Origin: Candidatus Multivoradales bacterium
Lineage (GTDB): Bacteria; Acidobacteriota; Thermoanaerobaculia; Multivoradales; JAHEKO01
NCBI GenBank assembly: GCA_965223855.1
Contig: CBDCXM010000009.1
Span: 1,504,001-1,568,000 of the forward strand
Length of the DNA: 64,000 bases
Direction: 5' to 3'
Below, piece after piece: positions 12,662-23,376 of this stretch. A program made the position numbers and the translations under genes. Within the stretch, counting starts at the first letter, position 1, and each line of letters begins with the position of its first letter. Under the pieces are notes generated by a model that saw only the letters and a list, made by a program, of their open reading frames with translations, was not told the DNA's origin and searched no databases.

Positions 12662-13735
12662 TCACTCGTACGAGGCATGACCGGCTATGAGTGCTTCGGC
12701 GAGGCTCCAAGGCGTATCCCAGTCGACCCGGCGTCCGTCGTCAGTGGCGGCGCGATGGACGAATACGAGGTCGAGCTCTCTGATGACGAGCATCAGGTGA
12801 CCGCCGGAGCCCTGCGCGGCGACGAGGTTCAGAGTGTCGAGCACCGGCCTACCAGCCGGCTGCGATCCGCGCGGGTAGACCCACCACATGAAGCCGAAAC
12901 CTGCCCCTGCTCGGAAGTCGCCGGTGTAGCCGCCGCCCTCGCCGAAAGTGGTCTTTGCCCGCGTGCTCCGCTCGATCCAGGACTCTGGAACGATGGATCG
13001 TCCGTTCCAGTTGCCGCCGTTGAGGACGAGCTGGCCGTAGCGCGCCAGGTCGCGCGCGCTGATGCGAAGCGGGTAGGCGGGGTGCTTCGAGATGGCGGGC
13101 TCGAGAAGGTACTCGCCATCAGAGGCTTCGAAGTCCTGCATGCCGATCGGGCGGGCGATGGCGCGGTAGAACTCGTCGAAGAAGCGTCGGCCGGTTTGCT
13201 GCTCGAAGACCGTGAGCAGCACGTTGAAATCCCAGTTGTTCGACCAGAAGTGAGTGCCCGGCCTGTGACTGCCGCGCGCGGGACGCTCGCGTTTCTTGCC
13301 AGCCGTCTCGTAGGCCGCGGGGTGGTAGACACCCGAACGGCCGCCGAGGAGATCGACCACTCGTGCCTGCTTCTCACCGGCCGAGAGCCGCGAAACATCG
13401 TCGATATCGAGATCCGCGAGTGTCGCCTCTAGGTCGATTGCCCCCGTGCCGACGTGAACACCGAAGAGACCGCTCAAGAGTGACTTGCGAATCGAGTGTG
13501 CGCTGAGCTTCTTCTCGATCTCGCCCAAGGAGAGCAGAACCTTCCCTTGGTAGACGACGAAGAGGGCTGCAGAGCCGGCATCCTCTGCATGTTGAACGAC
13601 TTCAGACACAGTTTCCTGCGCCCACCCAGCTTGGCCGGGACCCTGCCATGTCGGCCAGTCAGCGTAGGCCGCATTGGCCGCGTTCGCGACCACTGTAGCG
13701 CTGAGGAGGGCGGCCAGACGAGCATACGTGCGCAT
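12662..13735 (-). CDS. Serine hydrolase (beta-lactamase-related family), exported
   Basis: SIRK (SxxK), SNNWDFN, ISARDLARYG; signal peptide from MRTYARL. Confidence 0.85.
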   Translation of the reverse strand: MRTYARLAALLSATVVANAANAAYADWPTWQGPGQAGWAQETVSEVVQHAEDAGSAALFVVYQGKVLLSLGEIEKKLSAHSIRKSLLSGLFGVHVGTGAIDLEATLADLDIDDVSRLSAGEKQARVVDLLGGRSGVYHPAAYETAGKKRERPARGSHRPGTHFWSNNWDFNVLLTVFEQQTGRRFFDEFYRAIARPIGMQDFEASDGEYLLEPAISKHPAYPLRISARDLARYGQLVLNGGNWNGRSIVPESWIERSTRAKTTFGEGGGYTGDFRAGAGFGFMWWVYPRGSQPAGRPVLDTLNLVAAQGSGGHLMLVIRELDLVFVHRAATDDGRRVDWDTPWSLAEALIAGHASYE

Positions 13736-13859
13736 GCCCCGACCAGCCGGCTCGGCGCACTCGGCGTGCGACCCTGCGTGAGCGCGGTCCGGAACTCCTT
13801 TCGCGCTCGCTCTGTCAAAGCTATCGACCGTTCTGGCTCTCATTCTTCTTGGAGGCTTC

Positions 13860-14636
13860 TTGTCTCGATACCTGTTGGTCTGCGTAGCTCTCATGGCTCT
13901 CCTCGGCGCTTGCCTGATTGTTCCATCGGCAGTCCACGGAATCGTGATGCGTCACGATCGCCCCGACGAGGCCTACCGCCACCTCGCGACCGACCTCCCC
14001 TTCTGTTCGCTCGAGCTCGGCGGCTGGGGCGGCGGTTGCACCTTGGTCGACCCGTCGTGGCTGGTGACGGCCGCTCACGCCGCTTCGCGCCTCGAGCCAG
14101 GCGGCCCCGTCGAGGTCGATGGCCGAGGGGCGACGATAGCGGAGGTCATCGTTCACCCCGACTTCGACATCACTGACTATCGCAACGACATAGCCCTGAT
14201 CCGTTTGAGCGCACCGCTTCGAGGAGCGGAGGTCGTGCAGCTGCACGGAGGTCGCGACGAATCCGGCTTGACCGCGATCTTTGTCGGTCGGGGCTACTTG
14301 GGGACCGGAAGATCCGGGGCGATCGAGCCTGACAAGGTCGTGCGGGGGGCGGAGAATCGGGTCGAGGCGACGACCGACCACTGGCTCCGTTTTGTTTTCG
14401 ATGCACCGCCTGCCGGCCTGGGCCTGGAGGGGATCAGCGGTCCTGGAGACTCCGGTGGCCCCGCGCTTCTTCGCATCGACAACGGCTGGTCGCTGATTGG
14501 GATCAGTTCCTGGCAGCACCAGGGAGAGGCCGAGATCGGTGGCGTTTACGGCGTGACCGAGTACTACACGAGGGTCTCCTCCTACGTGGAGTGGATTGTC
14601 GAGACCCTCGAGTATCGGCAACTGGGGTCGCACTGA
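13860..14636 (+). CDS. Trypsin-like serine protease, exported
   Basis: Triad motifs TAAHA, DIALIRL, GDSGGP; YTRVSSYVEWI; signal peptide. Confidence 0.92.
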   Translation: MSRYLLVCVALMALLGACLIVPSAVHGIVMRHDRPDEAYRHLATDLPFCSLELGGWGGGCTLVDPSWLVTAAHAASRLEPGGPVEVDGRGATIAEVIVHPDFDITDYRNDIALIRLSAPLRGAEVVQLHGGRDESGLTAIFVGRGYLGTGRSGAIEPDKVVRGAENRVEATTDHWLRFVFDAPPAGLGLEGISGPGDSGGPALLRIDNGWSLIGISSWQHQGEAEIGGVYGVTEYYTRVSSYVEWIVETLEYRQLGSH

Positions 14637-14644
14637 GGTCGCAG

Positions 14645-15916
14645 TCATCGGTCAGCTCTTTCGGAGCTCACGACCCGCCCGTCTCGAACGACGAGGGATA
14701 CGTTTTCGAGGTCCTCTAGCCTCCGAAGTGGATCGCCTTCGACGAGCACCAGGTCTGCAAGATAGCCCGGCGCCAACCGTCCAAGGTCGTCGCTCCGGCC
14801 GACGGCGAAGGCGGCGTGGCCGGTAGCGGCGCAGAGAATCTCCGTCGGAGTCAGGCCTCCCGACTCGAGCAGTTTCATCTCGAGTAGCGGCAGTCCCGGG
14901 TCGTGGAACGCTGGTGCATCGGTGCCGAGAGCGACGCGCCCACCGAGGTCGAGGTACCGGCGCAGGTTGTATTGGACGGCGCGCAATCGCTCGGGAGTCT
15001 CGCGCCACAGGCTGGCGGTGCTCACCAGCACGAAATCCGCAGCTGCCGCCGCCGCCAGGGTGCGGTCCGGGATGGGCTCTGCCGGCGCATGGGCGGCATT
15101 GTCGACGCCCATCTCGATTATCGCCGCGAGTTCGCCTGGTTGCGTTACATGGGCAGAGACCCTCAGTTTCCGGCGGTTCGCGAGAGCCACGATTCGCTCG
15201 ACCGTTGCGGGTTTCAGCACAGGCCAGCCGTCGTCATGAAGATCGCTGGCAAAGCCACGATCGAAGGAGATCTTCAAGTGATCGACCATCGGCGGATCGA
15301 GCAGATGGGCGAGCGCGGATTCGACCTCTTGCGGTCGATCGATCTCGAGCGCCGACGAGCGTCGCCCGACGAACGGATAGCCCCCCGGCGCCGTCACGAT
15401 CGGTCCGGCAATCAGGAGCCGCGGTCCCCTAGGGAATCGAGCGGCGAGTTCCTCACGCCACCGTGAGGGATCGTGGGGCGTGCCCATGTCGACGATAGTG
15501 GTCACTCCCGCAACGAGCCAGGCGCCTACCGCATCGGTTCCCTCGCGCAAGGCGGAGGCGAGGTGGACGTGGGCATCGAAGAGGCCCGGTAGCGCCACGG
15601 CGCCCTCGCCGTCGATCACATGCGCGAGGTCGGGTACCTGGATTCGTGTCGCAGGTCCGCTGGCAGCGATTCGTCGACCCTCGATTACCACCGCCGCGTC
15701 CGGGATCGGCTCCGCGCCGCAGCCCTCGATCAGGCGAACGTTTGCGAGAACCAGTGGCTGCGGCGATGGACTATTCGTGGCACGACCGCCACACGCGGCG
15801 AGCAGACTCACAGCGAAACAGGTGGCGCCCGCAGTTCGGAACTTCGCGAGGATCGTGGTCTCGCGGCTGCGAGCAGCGAGGCGCGCGCGGTGGATGGTCT
15901 GTTGCTGATGGCCCAT
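14645..15916 (-). CDS. Amidohydrolase family lipoprotein
   Basis: LLAAC lipobox; PGLFDAHVH; GTD; GRLAPGYLADLVLVEGDPL. Start uncertain. Confidence 0.85.
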   Translation of the reverse strand: MGHQQQTIHRARLAARSRETTILAKFRTAGATCFAVSLLAACGGRATNSPSPQPLVLANVRLIEGCGAEPIPDAAVVIEGRRIAASGPATRIQVPDLAHVIDGEGAVALPGLFDAHVHLASALREGTDAVGAWLVAGVTTIVDMGTPHDPSRWREELAARFPRGPRLLIAGPIVTAPGGYPFVGRRSSALEIDRPQEVESALAHLLDPPMVDHLKISFDRGFASDLHDDGWPVLKPATVERIVALANRRKLRVSAHVTQPGELAAIIEMGVDNAAHAPAEPIPDRTLAAAAAADFVLVSTASLWRETPERLRAVQYNLRRYLDLGGRVALGTDAPAFHDPGLPLLEMKLLESGGLTPTEILCAATGHAAFAVGRSDDLGRLAPGYLADLVLVEGDPLRRLEDLENVSLVVRDGRVVSSERADR

Positions 15917-16065
15917 GAGTACAGGTCCAGTCGAAGGAGATCGCGGCGAGCCGGCGATCGTCACCATCCGCCATCCTGTTGCCGATTCCCTAGCCCGAGA
16001 CCCTGCACAGCCCGAGCGAGTTCCCGCAGCGCCGACGGGCGGCAGGAAGCGGCTAGACTCCCTGG

Positions 16066-16596
16066 GTGGCGTCGAACATCTCCCTTCTCGAGGAGTTTCT
16101 TCCCGAGTACGAAGTCCGCAGCTGCCACGCAGTCCTGATCGCAGCGCCGAGCGAGAGGGTCATGACGGCCGGCAGCGGACTCGACCTCGAGGCGTCGAGG
16201 TCCGTGCGGTGGCTCTTCCGATTGCGGGGAATTCCGACTGCGGATCTGACTCTGGACGGGATGTTCAGACTCGGCTTCCTCCACCTCGCCGAGAGGGAAG
16301 ACGAGTTGCTCCTCGGGATCGTCGGCAAGTTCTGGACCCCGACCGGGCACCTCGTCGAACTGACGCCCGACGAGTTCCGGTCGTTCCGCCGGCCGGGATA
16401 CGCGAAGGCGGCCTTCAACTTCAGGGTGGTGCCGGTCGGGGAGGGCGACACCCAGCTGAGCACGGAGACCCGCGTCGCGACCTTCTCGCGGTCGCTGCGG
16501 TTCCGGCTCTACTGGTTCTTCGTCGCGCCCTTCAGCGGCTGGATTCGCCGCGAGATGTTGCGGTTGATCAAGGTACGGGCCGAAGGAGAGATCTGA
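16066..16596 (+). CDS. Conserved hypothetical protein (DUF2867-like)
   Basis: ELLLGIVGKFW, LSTETRV, FRLYWFFVAPFSGWIRREML. Confidence 0.7.
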   Translation: MASNISLLEEFLPEYEVRSCHAVLIAAPSERVMTAGSGLDLEASRSVRWLFRLRGIPTADLTLDGMFRLGFLHLAEREDELLLGIVGKFWTPTGHLVELTPDEFRSFRRPGYAKAAFNFRVVPVGEGDTQLSTETRVATFSRSLRFRLYWFFVAPFSGWIRREMLRLIKVRAEGEI

Positions 16597-16696
16597 AACT
16601 GCTTCCGGATCGATCCGCCCGAGTCGGTCCCGAGGAACGGCGGGCGACACCACTCAGGTGCCGCCCGCCGGATTGGGTTGACTGGACTCGTTACAG

Positions 16697-17896
16697 CTAC
16701 TGCGCCGACGTCCCCTCGAGCCGGTCGAGGCGCTCCTGGAGCGCGCCGAGCAGCTCTTCCTGACGGGAGATGGTGTCCTGCTGCTCGAGGGTGTAGAGCG
16801 TGAGCTCTTCGATCTTCTCGAGCAGGGTCATCTGCATCTTGGAGAGGTTGACCGGGCCGGCGAGCTCTTCCGCGGAAGGCACGTTCGGCAGGTGCTTGTT
16901 CTCGGTGATGAAGGACTCGAGCTCGTCGAGCGAGAGCAGATCGTAGTCGTCCTCGAACACGTAGTCGGGAGCGCACGGGCTGCCGGAGCAGGTGTTCGAG
17001 AAGAAGTCGCCGTCGATCGTCAGGTTGCCGTTGCCCGCGAAGGTGAAGGTCGGGCCGCTGAACTTGATGAAGGCGAAGTCGCCGCTGTTGAGCACGTCGA
17101 AGTTCCAGATGCCGCCGTTGGAGGGCACGGAACCGTTGATGATCTCGAAGCGCGGGCGGCCGGCTGCGTTCTCGAGCGAGAGCAGGTTCAGCGTCGAGCT
17201 GGAGCTGCCTTCTACGTGGACGCCGTCGTCGGTGCCGCTGTAGTTGACATGCAGGCTCGCGTCCGGGGAGGTCGTGCCGATGCCGATGTCGCCGTCGCCG
17301 GCGATGTTGAGGGCGTTCGACGGCGAACCGGGGAAGATCCGGAAGGGCAGCGTCGAGCCGTTCGAGGCGTCGCGAATGAAGAAGCTCGTCTCGTTGCCGG
17401 CGACGTCCCAGCTCTGGGGGGCGAAGCCGCTCGAGCCGTCCTGCTCGAGGCGGAGCGTCGGCGTGTCACCGTCCCGGGAGTGGAGATCGACCACGGGAGT
17501 CGAGGTGCCGAAGCCGATCCGGCCGCCATCGTCGACATAGAGCGAGTTGCTCGGCGCGTTGCCTTCGATGCGGAAGATCGTCCTCCCGGCGGTGGCGTCG
17601 TCGACCGAGAAGTGGTTGAGGCCGCCGCTCGCGTTCGAGTTGGCGACCAGCCGCCAGTCGGTCGAGGGGAACGAGCCCACCGACGTGTCGAGGAAGTGGA
17701 TCCGGAGGTTGTTCTCCTTGAGCCGGATCGTGTCGGAACCGAAGACTTCGCCGTTGACGCAGTCGAAGCCGACACAGAGGCTCCGGAGGATCAGGACGTC
17801 GTCGTTGTGGATGATGTCGGCACCGGCCGGCGTGACCGGAGCCAGGGTCAGCACGCCGGCCGCGATCGCGACGGCGCTGAAAGTTCGCAGAGTCAT
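16697..17896 (-). CDS. Secreted fibre-like protein with C-terminal tail-fibre chaperone (S74-like) segment and coiled coil
   Basis: Signal peptide; repeated GxIG(F/I)GTxxP units; PDYVF...KHLPNVPSA...LLEKIEELTLY then coiled coil; RBS AAAGGA. Confidence 0.7.
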   Translation of the reverse strand: MTLRTFSAVAIAAGVLTLAPVTPAGADIIHNDDVLILRSLCVGFDCVNGEVFGSDTIRLKENNLRIHFLDTSVGSFPSTDWRLVANSNASGGLNHFSVDDATAGRTIFRIEGNAPSNSLYVDDGGRIGFGTSTPVVDLHSRDGDTPTLRLEQDGSSGFAPQSWDVAGNETSFFIRDASNGSTLPFRIFPGSPSNALNIAGDGDIGIGTTSPDASLHVNYSGTDDGVHVEGSSSSTLNLLSLENAAGRPRFEIINGSVPSNGGIWNFDVLNSGDFAFIKFSGPTFTFAGNGNLTIDGDFFSNTCSGSPCAPDYVFEDDYDLLSLDELESFITENKHLPNVPSAEELAGPVNLSKMQMTLLEKIEELTLYTLEQQDTISRQEELLGALQERLDRLEGTSAQ

Positions 17897-17923
17897 GTCA
17901 GGGTCCTTTCGCTGGCAGCGAGG

Positions 17924-18397
17924 TCAGTCGACCTGGCGTTCGGCGGGGTCGTCTTCGACGAGCGAGGAGTCGACGACGGCGCCGTTGACGATCATGAAGG
18001 AGCCGCTCACCGTCCAGCCGTGCATGTCGATGCGCTCGCGCTCGGTGTGGGTTGCGGTGTCACGCCCGTTGGCGGGATCGTGCACGACGTTGTTCACCGG
18101 CTGGAACTCCTGGGTGAGTTCCCACGTGTAGGTACCGTCGGGGCGCGATGCGCCGTCACGATCGTAGAGGCTGAAGACCGGCGTCGCGCCGCGAGTGAAG
18201 CGCTCGGTGACCTCCGTGCCCGGGCCCGAAACGGTGAGCATCACGAGGTCGGCGGGGGCGTCGGCGGCGAAGGCGACTTCCGCTCCCAGGGGCGTTGCGA
18301 CGACGGCCGGGTCCTTGGCCATCGCCAGCGGTGCGACCGCGAGGGCCGCCACTGCGAAGGCGAGGATCCAGGAAGTTCGGGGCTGATGCTGCATCAT
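17924..18397 (-). CDS. Secreted hypothetical protein, partner of the fibre-like gene
   Basis: RBS GGAGAGGAG; signal peptide ending AMA; PDGTYTWEL; 27 bp from the next gene. Confidence 0.7.
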   Translation of the reverse strand: MMQHQPRTSWILAFAVAALAVAPLAMAKDPAVVATPLGAEVAFAADAPADLVMLTVSGPGTEVTERFTRGATPVFSLYDRDGASRPDGTYTWELTQEFQPVNNVVHDPANGRDTATHTERERIDMHGWTVSGSFMIVNGAVVDSSLVEDDPAERQVD

Positions 18398-18615
18398 TCT
18401 CTCCTCTCCGTTGGTGGGTCTGGATGGGTTTCGCTTTAGGTGGATAGGCGACCGACGGGGCAACTTTGTTACGACGAACACGCCGCGTGTCTCTCGGCGT
18501 CGAGCAGGCGGCGCCCGACGACACCCGCCGTTTGGCTATGCTCCGGCCCCGGGGCACTCCGGCACCCGGGCACTCCGGTACCCAGGAGCAGCCTCCACCT
18601 CTGCGACCCGAGAAG

Positions 18616-19159
18616 ATGACTTCGAGCCCTCTCCGAGCCTTCGTCGCCGCCGCCTGCCTGGGCGCCGTCTCGACCGTAGGAGACTGGATCTGGGCACGCT
18701 GGATCCCGGACGGCGCGGTCGTTCCCGGGATCGTGCACGGCCTGCTGTTCTTCGTCGCTCTGGCGGTCGTGCTCGGCTGGGCCGGAGGGGTGCAGGACTC
18801 GACGAGGTCGCTACTCGCGACCCTGCCGGTCGCAGGACTCGCCCTGGCGGCGCTCTTCTACCCGGTCGCCGCGGCGATCGGCTACCTCGGGAGCCTGCTC
18901 GTGACCTGGGCGGGCATGTGGCTCACGCTGGCCTGGTTGCTCCGTCGCGCGCTCCATGACCGGGAAAGCGGCGTCCGAACCCTCGGGCGTGCTGCGATCG
19001 CGATGATCGGCTCGGGGCTCGCTCTTCTGGGCCGTCTCCGGCGTGTGGACCCGGCCTGCCGCCGAGACCGGCTACGGGCTCCGGTTCGTCTACTGGACGA
19101 TCGCTTTCCTTCCCGGACTGCTCGCCCTCCTGGCCGGCCGCGACCAGCCAAGAGCCTGA
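18616..19159 (+). CDS. Polytopic membrane protein with one apparent frameshift near 19020
   Basis: Hydrophobic reading frame to ...IGSGL continues in another frame as FWAVSGVWT...YWTIAFLPGLLALL, stop 19157-19159. Confidence 0.65.
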
Positions 19160-19313
19160 CAAACCCGGGTGCCCACCGAGAGATCTGTGCAGCGGGGTCT
19201 CGGCGTGCCGCTCCGAGGACTCCGGACCAGGGAGGCTCCGCGCTCGGGGAACTCTCCCGCGTGGGACCGGGTCTACCTCGACGAACCCGAACAACCTCGA
19301 GAGGAGGCCGGTC

Positions 19314-19955
19314 ATGTCGGAAGGCTCGCTGATGCAACTCATGCACGACGGAGGCTGGGTCATGTGGGTGCTGCTGTTGTTCTCCGGGGCTACGGTGGCG
19401 GTGGCGCTGCAACGGGTGGCGGTTCTGGGGCGTGCCGGTGGCAACGCCGCACCGGCGCTGCGCCGACTGCGCAAGCTGCTCGCAGCTGGAAGGCCGCACC
19501 GGGCTGCCGCGGAAGAGCTGGCCGCGGATGGAAGTTCCGTCGGCACCCTCCTGGCCGCCGGGCTGAGCCGGTCCGAAGGGTCGCGGGAGGAGCTCGAGGG
19601 GCATCTCGAGAGTGTGGCTCTGCGGGAGCTTCGCCGTCTCAACCGCGGCCTTGCCGTCCTCGCGGCGGTCGCCACAACGGCGCCGCTGCTCGGCTTCCTG
19701 GGCACCGTCACCGGCATGATCGACTCTTTCGGCACCCTCGTCGAGGTGAGCCTGAGCAGGCCGGATCTCGTCGCTCGCGGCATCAAGGAGGCGCTGACGA
19801 CGACCGCCGGCGGGCTGATGGTGGCCGTGCCGGCGCAGCTGCTCCTGCAGTGGTTGCGAGCCCGCATCGAGAGGATCGAAGGCGAGCTCGAGGCGGCGGC
19901 CAACGGCCTCCTCGACCTCGTCCGAAGGCGGGGAGGGGGCGTGGCGGCACCCTGA
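19314..19955 (+). CDS. MotA/TolQ/ExbB proton channel family protein
   Basis: GGWVMWVL, APLLGFLGTVTGMI, GIKEALTTTAGGL; RBS GAGGAGG. Confidence 0.9.
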   Translation: MSEGSLMQLMHDGGWVMWVLLLFSGATVAVALQRVAVLGRAGGNAAPALRRLRKLLAAGRPHRAAAEELAADGSSVGTLLAAGLSRSEGSREELEGHLESVALRELRRLNRGLAVLAAVATTAPLLGFLGTVTGMIDSFGTLVEVSLSRPDLVARGIKEALTTTAGGLMVAVPAQLLLQWLRARIERIEGELEAAANGLLDLVRRRGGGVAAP

Positions 19956-19959
19956 CGGG

Positions 19960-20625
19960 TCAGCGGCGGTAGGTTGCGCTCGGTACCCGTGAGGGCTCGG
20001 CGACCGCCCTGAGGTCGACGCCCAGCAGCACCCAGCCGAGAGCGACGATGACATTGCCGGCCACGGCGCCCCACAGGCCGGGCATCGTCGCACCGAGCAC
20101 TGGCACCAGCACCAGGCCCGAGAGGAAGGCAGCCGGTCCACGCCAAGGCAACAAGCCCTGACGCAGGATCACGATCGACATCGCTATCCAGCCGAGAGCG
20201 AAGACACCCGCCGAAACGGCGAAGGCTCTGTCGTAGGCTGTGAGGCTTCCGTCCCCTTCGATTCGAGCGAAGACCTGCGGGATCGTCGTGGCGAGGTCGC
20301 GGATCAGGGTGAACTGAACGAACTCGAGCCAGAAGGTGAGCACGCAGCCAAAGCCGGCGAGCAGGAAGGTGAACGCGCCGAGCCGCAGTCGGTCGGCGTG
20401 CGCCAGGTAGAGACCGATCACCCCCAGAGCCAACAGGGCGACGGAGACGCTGGCGAGTCCCATACGGGCGAAGAACGCGGAAGAGGACGCAACCGCCACC
20501 GTGCCCTCAGAGTAGGGGAGCCTCGGTGTCCACACGACGTTCGCCAGCGCTGCCAGAGCGCCCGCTGCGATCAGGCTGCTTCCGCAGAAGCGCATCACCC
20601 CGATTCGCCACTCTTCTTTCTGCAT
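19960..20625 (-). CDS. Hypothetical multi-pass membrane protein
   Basis: About six hydrophobic helices; GVIGLY motif. Confidence 0.65.
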   Translation of the reverse strand: MQKEEWRIGVMRFCGSSLIAAGALAALANVVWTPRLPYSEGTVAVASSSAFFARMGLASVSVALLALGVIGLYLAHADRLRLGAFTFLLAGFGCVLTFWLEFVQFTLIRDLATTIPQVFARIEGDGSLTAYDRAFAVSAGVFALGWIAMSIVILRQGLLPWRGPAAFLSGLVLVPVLGATMPGLWGAVAGNVIVALGWVLLGVDLRAVAEPSRVPSATYRR

Positions 20626-20723
20626 GGGTCGCGCCAGTCTAGCCTGCCGATCTCACTCCGCCCCTATCCCGTGGTTCGGGCATCAGGGGACCGAGCTGCC
20701 TGGGGCCGTTCGCGATCGGCCTT

Positions 20724-21590
20724 ATGCTGGCCGTCATGCGTGCCCTGACTTCGCGCACCATCGCCGGGACCTTGCTGGCCTTGCTCGCCTTCGCGGGCAA
20801 CTCGGTGCTGTGCCGCATGGCTCTCGGCGGTGCGTCGATCGATCCCGCCGGCTTCACGATTCTCAGGCTGGTCGCCGGCGCCGCCTCCCTCTGGCTCTGG
20901 GTCGGCCTCGGCCGGCATCGCTGGCAGGTCGGCCTGTCCGGCCGCCGGTTGATCTCCGGGCTGTGGCTTGCGGTCTACGCAGTCGGCTTCTCTATCGCTT
21001 ATCTGGAGCTGACGACCGGTACCGGCGCACTGATCCTCTTCGGCGCCGTGCAGTTGACGATGCTCATTGGCGGTGCGTTGCGTGGGGAGCGGCCCGGTTG
21101 GAAGGAGTGCCTGGGTGCCGCGAGCGCTCTCGGAGGGCTGGTCTATCTGCTCTCGCCGACGGTCGAGCGGCCCACGCCCACGAGCGGATTGCTGATGCTC
21201 GTGGCGGGCATCGCCTGGGGGCTCTACTCACTGCGTGGAAGAGGGGCTGCCGACCCGGTCGAGGAGACGGCGGGCAACTTCGTGGCGGCGCTCCCCTGGG
21301 CGCTGCTGGCGCTGCTGCCGTTCTACGGCCGGCTCGCCGTGTCCTCCGAGGGTGCGTGGCTCGCCGTGATCTCGGGCGCCGTCACCTCCGGGCTCGGCTA
21401 CGTCGTCTGGTACTCGGTCGTGGGCCGGCTGACCGCCACCCAGGCCGCGACGGCGCAGCTCACGGTGCCCGTCCTCACCGCGGCGGCTGGGGTCGCGGCG
21501 CTGGGGGAGGCGATCTCGCCCCGCTGGGTGCTTGCCGCTATTCTGGTGCTGGGAGGAGCGGCACTGACCCTCGGCCGCCGCTCCGGCTGA
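20724..21590 (+). CDS. DMT/EamA family transporter
   Basis: AFAGNSVLCR, GTGALILFGAVQLTM, SGLGYVVWY, QLTVPV. Confidence 0.9.
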   Translation: MLAVMRALTSRTIAGTLLALLAFAGNSVLCRMALGGASIDPAGFTILRLVAGAASLWLWVGLGRHRWQVGLSGRRLISGLWLAVYAVGFSIAYLELTTGTGALILFGAVQLTMLIGGALRGERPGWKECLGAASALGGLVYLLSPTVERPTPTSGLLMLVAGIAWGLYSLRGRGAADPVEETAGNFVAALPWALLALLPFYGRLAVSSEGAWLAVISGAVTSGLGYVVWYSVVGRLTATQAATAQLTVPVLTAAAGVAALGEAISPRWVLAAILVLGGAALTLGRRSG

Positions 21591-21677
21591 CCCTGCTTCC
21601 GATGTCCTGCTCCTGATGCCCGCTTACCCCGACGAGATCGCCAGGAACTCTCGAGCCGCCGCCGAGGTCCTTTCAGC

Positions 21678-23334
21678 TTGAAGCCGATCCTCGTGGCGTG
21701 GGGTGTCGCCGGCGCGCTGGCCCTGGCGCTGGCCTGGGACTCCTCCGTCAAGGTCCTCCATGGCCCCCACGACAGCTCGCTCTACGTCGAGCGGGCCGAC
21801 GACATCCTGGAGGGTGAAGTCGCCCCGTACGACCCTCTGGTTCTGATGCGACTGCCGGGGTATCCGGCTCTGCTGGCCTTCAACGGTCGGCTGGGATGGC
21901 CGCTTCACGTAACGCAGCAGGTGCTGCATCTGCTGAGTGTGCTGGCGCTGCTGATCGCTCTCCATGCGGTCGGAGTGCCGCGCCGGCTTCTGGCGGCTCT
22001 GGCGGTGCTTTCCGCCTTCCATCCCGCCTTCTTCGTCCAGACGACGATCGCCTACTCGGAGGGACTCTCGACACCTGCACTGACCGCCTCGGTCGCAGCT
22101 CTCCTGGGTCTGCTGGCGGCGTCGGGCGCCGGTGCGGGACTCGCGAGGACGAGTCAGCTGATGGCGCCTCTCGCCTGGAGCGCACTGCTCGCTGTCTCGC
22201 TCTCGGTCCTGTGGAACACACGGCCGGACTCGGTGGTGGTCGTGCCCTCCGCACTCCTCGTGGCGATCCTGTGGGTGCGCTTCGCCTGGCGGACGCCCGG
22301 CCGGGGAAGTGCGGTCGACCTCGTTCGCGTGTTGTTCCTCCTGCTGGCTCCCGTGATCGCGGTCTTCGCGACGAGTCGCGTACGTGGCGCACTTCAACGT
22401 CGATCGCTACGGATTCGAAGGGCGCTACGAGCTCGAAGAGACGAACTTCCGAAGCGCCTTCGAGACCCTGGCGCGGCTGGCGCCGGAGTCACGGATCCGG
22501 CAGGTGCCTGTCTCCCGCGCCGGTCTGGAAGCCGCCTGCGAGCACAGCCCGAGCTTCCTTCCCCTCGAGCGGTACCTTTCCTGGCAGAAGGGCGGCAAGG
22601 GGTTCACCGGACCCGGCTGCCGGCAGTACGAACTATGCGACGAGTTCGTGGGCGGCGTCGCCTTCATCGCTCTGCGTCATGCCGCCTGGCAGGCGGGCAT
22701 GCATGCCTCGGCGGAGGCTGCGAGCGACTTCTACGGCCGTGTGCATCGGGAGCTCGAGGAGGCGTGCTCCGAAGGAGCCCTGTCCTGTAGCGCCAACCCG
22801 ACCGGCACCCTCTACTCCACGCCGCTGCGCCTCGAGGATCTACCCCACGTCGCGGCGTCGGCCGGACGGGTCGGCTGGGATTGGCTGACGCTCGGCGGCC
22901 TCTACTCGATGACGCAGCAGCTTTCCGTTCCGAGGGAGGTCGACGAGGAACTCGTCGGGGCGTTTCGCCGGGTGACCCACGATGTGGACTCGCCCTGGCG
23001 CTACTGGGCGGGTCGAGCGACGCGAGTGCACATGCTGTCGTTCGCGGCACTGCAGATCCTGGTTCTGCCGTTGGCCCTGGTCGCGGGGGTCCGCCGGTGG
23101 AAGCAGCGCCCTTCGCGATCGCGGTTCGGCCCCGCCCTGGCCTGCCTGCTGCTCGTCGTCGCCGGTCAACTCGCGCTGGTCGCGTTCCTGGACGCGATGG
23201 GCCTTCCCTTCAGGATTCGCTTCCTGCTGCCGATCTACCCGGCGACGCTCGCGCTTCTGGGTGTGCTGGTGGCGCACCTGCGACCACCAAGGCCGTCTCT
23301 CCCGGCAAGCGCATTCGGGGAGACGGACAGCTGA
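21678..23334 (+). CDS. Large membrane protein (GT-C/ArnT-like architecture) with one apparent frameshift near 22380
   Basis: HDSSLY, RLPGYPALL, YSEGL, NTRPD in ORF 21678; continues in ORF 22384-23334 with a periplasmic loop and TM helices ending RFLLPIYP. Confidence 0.55.
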
Positions 23335-23376
23335 GACGGGTCCACTCGACGCAGGGCTGTCCGGCGGGTCAGCCGG

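Noticed and set aside
18548-18585. Short tandem duplication CCGGG(G)CACTCCGG(C/T)ACCC
   Set aside because: Only two short copies in GC-rich intergenic DNA, with no support for a function.
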